NCBI RefSeq assembly: GCF_051903065.1
Contig: NZ_CP178438.1
Source of the DNA: Escherichia coli
GTDB lineage: Bacteria; Pseudomonadota; Gammaproteobacteria; Enterobacterales; Enterobacteriaceae
Strand: one strand, 5' to 3'
Length of the DNA: 64,000 nucleotides
In this document: positions 11,401-18,165 of the stretch, one piece after another
How the letters are laid out: each line of letters begins with the position of its first letter
Numbering within the stretch: the first letter of the stretch is position 1
Notes under the pieces: model-generated
Seen by the model: only the letters and a program-made list of their open reading frames with translations
Databases searched by the model: none
Told to the model about the DNA's origin: nothing
Program-made: the position numbers and the translations under genes

Positions 11401-12040
11401 CCTACGTACCACCCGACGCTGGTCGCTGGCAGATTTTCATTCTCTGTTTGTTAATCATCCCTTTACCCGCCTGGTTACCCAGCGATTAATATGGGGGGGT
11501 TATCCGGCAAATGAACCGCGTCGTTTACTCAACGCCTTTCGTGTGGCCGCAGAGGGGGAGTTCTGCAATGCGCAGGATGAGCCCATTGACCTTCCTGCGG
11601 ATGCTCTGATTGGCATTGCCCACCCGTTAGAAATGACAGCAGAAATGCGCAGTGAATTTGCACAGCTTTTTGCCGATTACGAAATTATGCCGCCTTTTCG
11701 CCAGTTGTCGCGCCGCACGGTGCTGCTCACACCTGACGAGTCAACCAGTAACAGCCTGACTCGCTGGGAAGGTAAATCCGCTACCGTTGGGCAACTTATG
11801 GGAATGCGATACAAAGGCTGGGAATCAGGCTATGAGGACGCATTTGTCTATGACCTGGGTGAGTACCGGCTGGTCCTTAAGTTTTCACCCGGTTTTAACC
11901 ACTACAATGTTGATAGCAAAGCGCTAATGAGCTTCCGTTCTCTTCGAGTGTACCGTGACAATAAATCCGTCACTTTTGCCGAACTTGATGTGTTTGATTT
12001 GAGAGAGGCGTTAAGCGCACCTGACGTCATTTTCCATTAA
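8408..12040 (+). CDS. yehI: DUF4132 protein, third paralog, lacking the N-terminal WGR module (1210 aa)
   Basis: Tracked ORF; begins at the PWLADNA motif that is about residue 95 of the other two paralogs; start 9 bp after the stop of paralog 2; shares the conserved central and C-terminal blocks (HPLVRHLTRRLIWG-like, DLFTAW..AGAP). Confidence 0.8.
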   Translation: MDKELPWLADNAQVELKYKKGKTPLSHRNWPGEPVPVITESLIQTLGDELLQKAEKKKNIVWRYENFSLEWQSAITQAINLIGEHKPSVPARTMAALACIAQNDSQQLLDEIVQQEGLEYATEVVIARQFIARCYESDPLVVTLQYQNEDYGYGYRSETYNEFDLRLRKHLSLAEESCWQRCADKLIAALPGITKVRRPFIALILPEKPEIANELASLESSRSSLHSKEWLKVVATDNTAVKKLERYWGLDVFSDREASYMSQKNHFGYAACAALLREQGLAAIPRLAMYAHKEDCGSLLVQINHPQVIHTLLLVADKNKPSLQRVAKYSKNFPHATLAALAELLALKEPPARPGYPIIEDKKLPAQQKARDEYWRTLLQTLMASQPQLVEEVMQWLSTQARAVLNSYLLAPPKPVIDGTDNSNLPEILVSPPWRSKKKMTAPRLDLAPLELTPQVYWQPGEQERLASTESARYFSTESLAERMEQKSGRVVLQELGFGDDVWLFLNYILPGKLDAARNSLIVQWHYYQGRVEEILNGWNSPEAQLAEQALRSGHIEALINIWENDNYSRYRPEKSVWNLYLLAQLPREMALTFWLRINEKKHLFAGEDYFLSILGLDALPGLLLAFLHRPKETFPLILNFGATELALPVARVWHRFAGQRNLARQWILQWPEHTATALIPLVFIKPSDNSEAALLALRLLYEQGHGELLQTVANRWQRADVWPALEQLLKQGPMDIYPARIPKAPDFWHPQMWSRPRLITNNQPVTDDALEIIGEMLRFTQGGRFYSGLEQLKTFCQPQTLAAFAWDLFTAWQQAGAPAKDNWAFLALSLFGDESTARDLTTQILAWPQEGKSARAVSGLNILTLMNNDMALMQLHHISQRAKSRPLRDNAAEFLQVVAENRGLSQEELADRLVPILGLDDPQALSFDFDPRQFTVRFDENLNPVIFDQQNVRQKSVPRLRADDDQLKAPEALARLKGLKKDATQVSKNLLPRLEAALRTTRRWSLADFHSLFVNHPFTRLVTQRLIWGGYPANEPRRLLNAFRVAAEGEFCNAQDEPIDLPADALIGIAHPLEMTAEMRSEFAQLFADYEIMPPFRQLSRRTVLLTPDESTSNSLTRWEGKSATVGQLMGMRYKGWESGYEDAFVYDLGEYRLVLKFSPGFNHYNVDSKALMSFRSLRVYRDNKSVTFAELDVFDLREALSAPDVIFH

Positions 12041-12100
12041 AACACAGCGGGCAGTGATGCAACTGCCTGTTATTAACACGACTTACCAGCGGGGAAAGCG

Positions 12101-12418
12101 ATGATCGTGCAAAAAGAGCTGGTTGCTATTTACGATTATGAGGTCCCTGTACCTGAAGATCCGTTTTCCTTCAGACTTGAGATCCATAAATGCTCTGAAT
12201 TATTTACAGGTTCCGTCTATCGACGGGAGCGATTCCGGCTACATCCAACATTTCATCAACGTGATCGAGAAGATGCTGACCCGCTAATAAATGATGCGTT
12301 GATTTATATAAGAGATGAGTGTATTGATGAGCGGAAATTACGAGGTAAATCACCTGAAACTGTAATAGCAATTTTTAATCGTGAACTACAGAATATATTC
12401 AACCAAGAAATAGAATAA
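12101..12418 (+). CDS. yehK: Small uncharacterised protein (105 aa)
   Basis: Tracked ORF in an AT-rich segment; position between yehI and yehL. Confidence 0.6.
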   Translation: MIVQKELVAIYDYEVPVPEDPFSFRLEIHKCSELFTGSVYRRERFRLHPTFHQRDREDADPLINDALIYIRDECIDERKLRGKSPETVIAIFNRELQNIFNQEIE

Positions 12419-12527
12419 TATACTCTAGATAATTCAAGTCGCAGCACATGCAACTTGAAGTATGACGAGTATAGCTTTATTAAAGGGGGAAGCGGTTTTC
12501 CCCCTTAGATGCGTTTCAATTTGCCCG

Positions 12528-12617
12528 TTACTTCAACAAATCAATCAACCGTAACAGAGCCACTAATAACTCCAGTACGGCAATGAGCACGATTAACTTT
12601 TGTGTCAGCGTGTCCAT
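12528..12617 (-). CDS. zorO: Type I toxin, 29-aa hydrophobic peptide MDTLTQKLIVLIAVLELLVALLRLIDLLK
   Basis: Hand translation of the minus strand: ATG at 12617-12615 preceded by AAGGAG Shine-Dalgarno, stop TAA at 12530-12528; matches the ZorO/ZorP peptide as I recall it; assignment of O versus P to copy 1 versus copy 2 is arbitrary. Confidence 0.75.
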   Translation of the reverse strand: MDTLTQKLIVLIAVLELLVALLRLIDLLK

Positions 12618-12798
12618 CCGCTCTCCTTATTAAGGAGCGCAACACCAGCACCTTACCCTTACACTGCCTGTCGATACTGGTTTACGTATGTTGGTACGAA
12701 ACGTTGCTCTCCGGATCAGGGCACCGCCTGCGGCACCACCCGTCCAGCAGCCAGGACTTAAAATTGGTCCGATCCGGCACAACCTCCCAACGGGCAGG

Positions 12799-12826
12799 AT
12801 TATAAATCTCATTCACTGAATTGCAA
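12799..12826 (-). promoter_or_regulatory. Predicted sigma70 promoter for the toxin mRNA (gives a 5' UTR of about 174 nt)
   Basis: Minus-strand -10 TATAAT (plus 12799-12804) and -35 TTGCAA (12821-12826) with 16-bp spacer; TSS predicted near 12791. Confidence 0.5.
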
Positions 12827-12849
12827 TGGAGTGTGGATATGGTTATAAT
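12821..12849 (+). promoter_or_regulatory. Predicted sigma70 promoter for the antitoxin sRNA
   Basis: -35 TTGCAA (12821-12826), 17-bp spacer, -10 TATAAT (12844-12849). Confidence 0.6.
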
Positions 12850-12855
12850 TTATTC

Positions 12856-12938
12856 GTTGGTACGAAATGTTGCACAATCAGCAAGTTAGCGTCACTGTAG
12901 TAAATAAAAGAACCTGCCTCACCAGCAGGTTTTTTTAT
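12856..12938 (+). ncRNA. orzO: Antitoxin small RNA (OrzO-like), about 80 nt
   Basis: Bounded by the consensus promoter and an intrinsic terminator; nt 12856-12873 (GTTGGTACGAAATGTTGC) can pair over 18 nt (one G-U) with the toxin 5' UTR encoded at 12689-12706. Confidence 0.7.
12912..12937 (+). terminator. Intrinsic terminator of the antitoxin sRNA
   Basis: Stem ACCTGC / GCAGGT, loop CTCACCA, followed by TTTTTTT. Confidence 0.75.
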
Positions 12939-13135
12939 TTTCTGCGATCTACTTTCCAGATATTTTTTGCCAATAGCCCACCATAAATATTCACATCCCG
13001 GTCAAATGGTGCGTTGAATATAAAATCGATGAACTTATAAATAAACATGAGTTATATGATGAATTAATAAAAACAGTAATCATTTTATTAAAGGGGGAAG
13101 CGGTTTTCCCCCTTAGATGCGTTTCAATTTGCCCG

Positions 13136-13225
13136 TTACTTCAACAAATCAATCAACCGTAACAGAGCTACTAATAGCTCCAGTACGGCAATGAGCACGG
13201 TTAACTTTTGTGTCAGCGTGTCCAT
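13136..13225 (-). CDS. zorP: Type I toxin, 29-aa hydrophobic peptide MDTLTQKLTVLIAVLELLVALLRLIDLLK
   Basis: Hand translation; ATG at 13225-13223, stop at 13138-13136; differs from copy 1 by one residue (T9 versus I9). Confidence 0.75.
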   Translation of the reverse strand: MDTLTQKLTVLIAVLELLVALLRLIDLLK

Positions 13226-13406
13226 CCGCTCTCCTTATTAAGGAGCGCAACACCAGCACCTTACCCTTACACTGCCTGTCGATACTGGTTTACGTATGTT
13301 GGACCACGATGTTGCACTCCGGATCAGGGCACCACCTGCAGCACCACCCGTCCGGTAGCCAGGACTTGAAATAGGTTCGATCCGGCGCAACGTCCCAACG
13401 GTCTGG

Positions 13407-13434
13407 ATTATAAATCTCATTATCTTAATTGCAA
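13407..13434 (-). promoter_or_regulatory. Predicted sigma70 promoter for the second toxin mRNA
   Basis: Same architecture as copy 1: minus-strand -10 TATAAT (plus 13407-13412), -35 TTGCAA (13429-13434). Confidence 0.5.
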
Positions 13435-13457
13435 CGGGGTCCAGCCGTGGTTATAAT
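13429..13457 (+). promoter_or_regulatory. Predicted sigma70 promoter for the second antitoxin sRNA
   Basis: -35 TTGCAA (13429-13434), 17-bp spacer, -10 TATAAT (13452-13457). Confidence 0.6.
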
Positions 13458-13463
13458 TCGTTC

Positions 13464-13546
13464 GTTGGAACACGATGTTGCACAGGCTGTGGTGTTAGGC
13501 CTGAAAATAGTAAATAAAAGAACCTGCCTCACCAGCAGGTTTTTTT
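13464..13546 (+). ncRNA. orzP: Antitoxin small RNA (OrzP-like), about 80 nt
   Basis: Promoter plus terminator; 13464-13483 (GTTGGAACACGATGTTGCAC) is complementary to the UTR segment encoded at 13298-13317 with one mismatch. Confidence 0.7.
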
Positions 13547-13547
13547 A
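13522..13547 (+). terminator. Intrinsic terminator of the second antitoxin sRNA
   Basis: Stem ACCTGC / GCAGGT followed by TTTTTTT. Confidence 0.75.
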
Positions 13548-13657
13548 TTTACTATGATCTGCTTTCCAGATATTTTTTGCTCAAACAACTAATGCGCCAA
13601 ACATTTATTGCGCGTAAAATATCGTTTATTTCATTAATACATTTCAGGGATGAATAT

Positions 13658-14746
13658 ATGTCACCGCAGAATAATCATCTGCAGCGTCCGCCTGCTGCTG
13701 TGTTATACGCCGATGAACTGGCAAAATTAAAACAAAATGATACCGCACCTTGCCCGCCCGGTTGGCAGTTAAGTTTGCCTGCGGCCCGTGCTTTTATCCT
13801 TGGCGATAGCGCGCAAAATATTAGCCGTAAAGTGGTGATTAGTCCCTCCGCTGTCGAACGTATGTTAGTCACTCTTGCCACCGGACGCGGTTTGATGTTG
13901 GTGGGGGAACCTGGCACCGCAAAATCTCTCCTGTCTGAATTACTGGCAACCGCTATTAGCGGCGATGCCGGGTTAACCATCCAGGGCGGTGCATCTACTA
14001 CCGAAGATCAAATCAAGTACGGCTGGAACTACGCCCTGCTTATCAATCATGGTCCATCAACGGAAGCGCTGGTCCCTGCCCCGCTTTACCAGGGAATGCG
14101 CGACGGCAAAATCGTCCGTTTTGAAGAGATAACGCGTACACCGCTGGAAGTGCAAGACTGTCTGTTAGGTATGCTTTCTGACAGGGTGATGACGGTGCCG
14201 GAACTCACTGGTGAAGCCAGTCAGCTCTATGCGCGAGAAGGCTTTAATATTATTGCCACTGCCAATACCCGCGATCGCGGCGTCAATGAAATGAGTGCTG
14301 CGCTAAAGCGTCGCTTCGATTTTGAAACTGTCTTTCCGATTATGGATTTCGCCCAGGAGCTGGAGCTTGTCGCCAGTGCTTCGGCGCGTTTGCTGGCCCA
14401 TAGCGGTATTCCGCATAAAGTGCCTGACGCGGTACTGGAGTTACTGGTCCGCACTTTCCGCGATCTGCGTGCCAACGGCGAAAAGAAAACGTCAATGGAT
14501 ACACTAACAGCGATTATGTCCACCGCTGAAGCCGTGAACGTGGCCCACGCTGTGGGCGTCCGCGCCTGGTTTTTGGCGAATCGCGCAGGTGAGCCAGCCG
14601 ATCTGGTGGACTGTATTGCCGGAACCATCGTTAAAGATAACGAAGAAGATCGCGCTCGTCTGCGCCGTTACTTCGAACAGCGTGTCGCCACACATAAAGA
14701 AGCTCACTGGCAGGCTTATTATCAAGCCCGCCACCGCCTGCCGTGA
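13658..14746 (+). CDS. yehL: MoxR-family AAA+ ATPase (362 aa)
   Basis: Walker A GEPGTAKS; start chosen at MSPQNNH within tracked ORF 13577..14746. Confidence 0.85.
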   Translation: MSPQNNHLQRPPAAVLYADELAKLKQNDTAPCPPGWQLSLPAARAFILGDSAQNISRKVVISPSAVERMLVTLATGRGLMLVGEPGTAKSLLSELLATAISGDAGLTIQGGASTTEDQIKYGWNYALLINHGPSTEALVPAPLYQGMRDGKIVRFEEITRTPLEVQDCLLGMLSDRVMTVPELTGEASQLYAREGFNIIATANTRDRGVNEMSAALKRRFDFETVFPIMDFAQELELVASASARLLAHSGIPHKVPDAVLELLVRTFRDLRANGEKKTSMDTLTAIMSTAEAVNVAHAVGVRAWFLANRAGEPADLVDCIAGTIVKDNEEDRARLRRYFEQRVATHKEAHWQAYYQARHRLP

Positions 14747-14756
14747 GGAAAGATGC

Positions 14757-17036
14757 ATGAGCGAGCCGTTAATTGTCGGCATCCGGCATCATAGTCCGGC
14801 CTGCGCCCGGCTGGTGAAATCGTTAATCGAAAGCCAGCGGCCACGATACGTGTTGATTGAAGGCCCGGCTGATTTTAATGACCGGGTAGACGAACTGTTT
14901 TTAGCCCACCAGCTTCCGGTAGCTATTTACAGTTATTGCCAGTATCAGGACGGTGCAGCCCCCGGGCGTGGTGCCTGGACGCCATTTGCTGAATTTTCGC
15001 CGGAGTGGCAGGCGCTACAAGCCGCTCGTCGTATTCAGGCACAAACTTACTTCATCGATTTGCCTTGCTGGGCACAGAGTGAAGAAGAGGACGATTCGCC
15101 TGATACGCAAGAGGAAAGCCAGACCTTGCTGCTGCGTGCCACCCGCATGGATAACAGCGATACCCTGTGGGATCACTTGTTCGAAGATGAAAGCCAGCAA
15201 ACTGCATTACCCTCTGCACTGGCGCACTATTTTGCCCAACTGCGGGGCGATTTCCCCGGCGATGCACTCAATCGTCAGCGCGAAGCCTTTATGGCTCGCT
15301 GGATTGGATGGGCGGTGCAGCAAAATAATGGCGACGTGTTAGTCGTCTGCGGTGGCTGGCACGCTCCGGCACTGGCAAAAATGTGGCGCGAATGCCCGCA
15401 GGACATTAACAAGCCAGAATTGCCCTCGCTGGCAGATGCCGTTACAGGTTGTTATCTCACACCCTACAGTGAAAAGCGCCTTGATGTGCTGGCAGGATAC
15501 CTTTCAGGAATGCCTGCCCCGGTCTGGCAAAGCTGGTGCTGGCAGTGGGGCTTACAGCAGGCGGGAGAACAACTGCTAAAAACGGTTCTTACCCGTTTGC
15601 GCCAACACCACTTGCCTGCTTCGACCGCGGATATGGCTGCCGCTCATCTGCATGCGATGGCGCTGGCACAGTTGCGCGGACATAAACTACCGTTACGCAC
15701 TGACTGGCTGGATGCCATAGCAGGCTCGCTGATTAAAGAAGCCCTGAACGCGCCGTTGCCGTGGAGCTATCGCGGAGTTATTCATCCCGACACCGATCCG
15801 ATTCTGCTAACGTTGATAGACACATTAGCGGGTGACGGATTCGGTAAACTTGCCCCTTCTACGCCACAACCGCCTCTGCCAAAAGATGTCACCTGCGAAC
15901 TGGAACGTACCGCAATCTCTCTTCCGGCGGAGCTTACCTTAAATCGCTTTAACCCCAATGGACTAGCGCAAAGTCAGGTGTTACATCGGCTGGCAATACT
16001 GGAGATCCCAGGGATTGTACGCCAGCAGGGAAGCACACTGACACTTGCAGGCAACGGTGAAGAACGCTGGAAATTAACCCGCCCGCTTAGCCAGCATGCG
16101 GCATTGATTGAGGCCGCCTGCTTTGGTGCCACACTCCAGGAAGCCGCACGCCATAAATTAGAAGCCGATATGCTGGACGCGGGTGGAATCGGCAGTATCA
16201 CCACATGTCTTAGCCAGGCGGCGTTAGCGGGTCTGGCGTCCTTCAGTCAACAATTACTGGAGCAACTCACATTATTAATCGCCCAGGAAAATCAATTTGC
16301 CGAAATGGGGCAGGCGCTGGAAGTCCTTTATGCCTTATGGCGGTTAGATGAAATCAGCGGTATGCAAGGCGCGCAGATATTGCAGACGACGTTATGTGCG
16401 GCTATCGATCGCACGCTCTGGCTGTGTGAATCCGACGGCAAACCGGATGAAAAGGAGTTTCACGCTCACCTGCATAGCTGGCAGGCGCTTTGCCATATCC
16501 TGCGCGATCTACATAGCGGCGTTAATTTACCCGGCGTTTCTCTTTCTGCGGCGGTGGCCTTACTGGAACGCCGCAGTCAGGCAATTCATGTCCCGGCGCT
16601 GGATCGCGGCGCGGCTCTTGGCGCACTGATGCGTCTGGAACATCCCAACGCCAGTGCCGAAGCGGCGCTGACAATGCTGGCGCAGTTATCCCCGGCACAA
16701 TCCGGCGAGGCGCTGCACGGTTTGCTGGCGCTCGCCCGTCATCAACTGGCCTGCCAGCCGGCATTTATCGCCGGTTTCAGCAGTCATTTAAATCAACTGA
16801 ATGACGACGATTTTATTAACGCCCTGCCCGATTTACGCGCGGCGATGGCCTGGCTACCACCACGAGAACGCGGGACGCTGGCGCATCAGGTGCTTGAGCA
16901 TTATCAACTGGCGCAACTTCCCGTTTCGGCGCTGCAAATGCCGTTGCATTGTCCACCACAAGCCATTGCACATCATCAACAACTCGAACAGCAGGCACTG
17001 GCATCGCTGCAAAACTGGGGAGTTTTCCATGTCTGA
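14757..17036 (+). CDS. yehM: Uncharacterised protein of the yehLMPQ operon (759 aa)
   Basis: Start MSEPLIVG 10 bp after the yehL stop; no domain I can name from sequence. Confidence 0.8.
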   Translation: MSEPLIVGIRHHSPACARLVKSLIESQRPRYVLIEGPADFNDRVDELFLAHQLPVAIYSYCQYQDGAAPGRGAWTPFAEFSPEWQALQAARRIQAQTYFIDLPCWAQSEEEDDSPDTQEESQTLLLRATRMDNSDTLWDHLFEDESQQTALPSALAHYFAQLRGDFPGDALNRQREAFMARWIGWAVQQNNGDVLVVCGGWHAPALAKMWRECPQDINKPELPSLADAVTGCYLTPYSEKRLDVLAGYLSGMPAPVWQSWCWQWGLQQAGEQLLKTVLTRLRQHHLPASTADMAAAHLHAMALAQLRGHKLPLRTDWLDAIAGSLIKEALNAPLPWSYRGVIHPDTDPILLTLIDTLAGDGFGKLAPSTPQPPLPKDVTCELERTAISLPAELTLNRFNPNGLAQSQVLHRLAILEIPGIVRQQGSTLTLAGNGEERWKLTRPLSQHAALIEAACFGATLQEAARHKLEADMLDAGGIGSITTCLSQAALAGLASFSQQLLEQLTLLIAQENQFAEMGQALEVLYALWRLDEISGMQGAQILQTTLCAAIDRTLWLCESDGKPDEKEFHAHLHSWQALCHILRDLHSGVNLPGVSLSAAVALLERRSQAIHVPALDRGAALGALMRLEHPNASAEAALTMLAQLSPAQSGEALHGLLALARHQLACQPAFIAGFSSHLNQLNDDDFINALPDLRAAMAWLPPRERGTLAHQVLEHYQLAQLPVSALQMPLHCPPQAIAHHQQLEQQALASLQNWGVFHV

Positions 17037-18165
17037 ACTGAACGATCTTCTGACCAACCGTGAGCTACAACGCTGGCGATTAATTCTTGGCGAAGCGGCA
17101 GAAACGACGCTTTGTGGGCTGGATGACAACGCCCGGCAGATAGACCACGCGCTGGAGTGGCTGTATGGGCGCGATCCTGAACGGCTCCAGCGTGGTGAAC
17201 GTTCCGGTGGATTAGGTAGCTCAAATCTCACCACCCCTGAGTGGATCAACAGTATTCACACGCTGTTTCCGCAACAGGTGATTGAGCGGCTGGAAAGCGA
17301 TGCCGTACTGCGCTACGGCATTGAAGATGTGGTGACGAATCTCGACGTGCTGGAACGTATGCAGCCTTCTGAAAGCCTGCTACGCGCCGTTTTGCACACC
17401 AAACATCTGATGAACCCCGAAGTACTGGCTGCCGCCCGCCGGATAGTGCGCCAGGTTGTTGAAGAAATTATGGCTCGACTGGCAAAGGAAGTTCGTCAGG
17501 CTTTTTCTGGTGTCCGCGATCGCCGTCGCCGCTCATCTATTCCACTGGCGCGAAACTTTGATTTCAAAAGTACTCTTCGCGCCAATCTGCAACACTGGCA
17601 CCCGCAACACGGCAAGTTGTATATCGAATCCCCCCGCTTTAACAGCCGCATTAAACGCCACAGTGAACAATGGCAACTGGTCTTACTGGTTGATCAAAGC
17701 GGATCGATGGTGGACTCGGTGATCCACTCTGCGGTGATGGCGGCCTGTTTGTGGCAGTTACCCGGCATTCGTACCCATCTGGTGGCGTTTGACACCAGCG
17801 TGGTTGATCTCACGGCAGACGTTGCCGATCCGGTAGAGTTATTAATGAAAGTGCAATTAGGCGGCGGAACCAATATCGCCAGTGCCGTGGAATATAGTCG
17901 GCAACTTATTGAACAACCAGCGAAAAGCGTCATTATCCTCGTGAGCGATTTTTACGAAGGGGGTTCATCATCATTACTGACGCATCAGGTGAAAAAGTGT
18001 GTCCAGAGCGGCATCAAAGTGCTGGGATTGGCAGCGCTCGATAGCACAGCTACGCCTTGCTATGACCGCGATACGACCCAGGCGCTGGTTAATGTCGGCG
18101 CACAAATAGCCGCCATGACGCCGGGCGAGCTGGCATCATGGCTTGCGGAGAATCTTCAGTCATGA
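17029..18165 (+). CDS. yehP: von Willebrand factor A (VWA) domain protein (378 aa)
   Basis: MIDAS-type motif DQSGSM; start MSELNDLL overlaps the yehM stop by 8 bp. Confidence 0.85.
   Translation: MSELNDLLTNRELQRWRLILGEAAETTLCGLDDNARQIDHALEWLYGRDPERLQRGERSGGLGSSNLTTPEWINSIHTLFPQQVIERLESDAVLRYGIEDVVTNLDVLERMQPSESLLRAVLHTKHLMNPEVLAAARRIVRQVVEEIMARLAKEVRQAFSGVRDRRRRSSIPLARNFDFKSTLRANLQHWHPQHGKLYIESPRFNSRIKRHSEQWQLVLLVDQSGSMVDSVIHSAVMAACLWQLPGIRTHLVAFDTSVVDLTADVADPVELLMKVQLGGGTNIASAVEYSRQLIEQPAKSVIILVSDFYEGGSSSLLTHQVKKCVQSGIKVLGLAALDSTATPCYDRDTTQALVNVGAQIAAMTPGELASWLAENLQS

Larger units (their letters stand above)
12476..12970. repeat. Tandem repeat unit 1 (about 495 bp) carrying a type I toxin-antitoxin module
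   Basis: Near-identical to 13085..13580 (period about 608 bp); both units begin TTTATTAAAGGGGGAAGCGG and end at CTTTCCAGATATTTTTTGC. Confidence 0.9.
13085..13580. repeat. Tandem repeat unit 2 (about 496 bp) carrying the second toxin-antitoxin module
   Basis: Near-identical to 12476..12970 except within the predicted sRNA/target pairing segment. Confidence 0.9.

Noticed and set aside
12630-12812. Tracked 60-aa minus-strand ORFs inside each repeat unit (also 13238..13420) and the 67-aa plus-strand ORF 12602..12805
   Set aside because: They span the predicted toxin 5' UTR and promoter, lack a ribosome-binding site, and the region is better explained by the 29-aa toxin gene plus antisense RNA
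12476-13580. Tandem direct repeats considered as a possible CRISPR array or IS inverted repeats
   Set aside because: Only two copies, units are about 495 bp (not 28-37 bp repeats with spacers), and each unit contains its own promoter, ORF and terminator; no cas genes or transposase nearby
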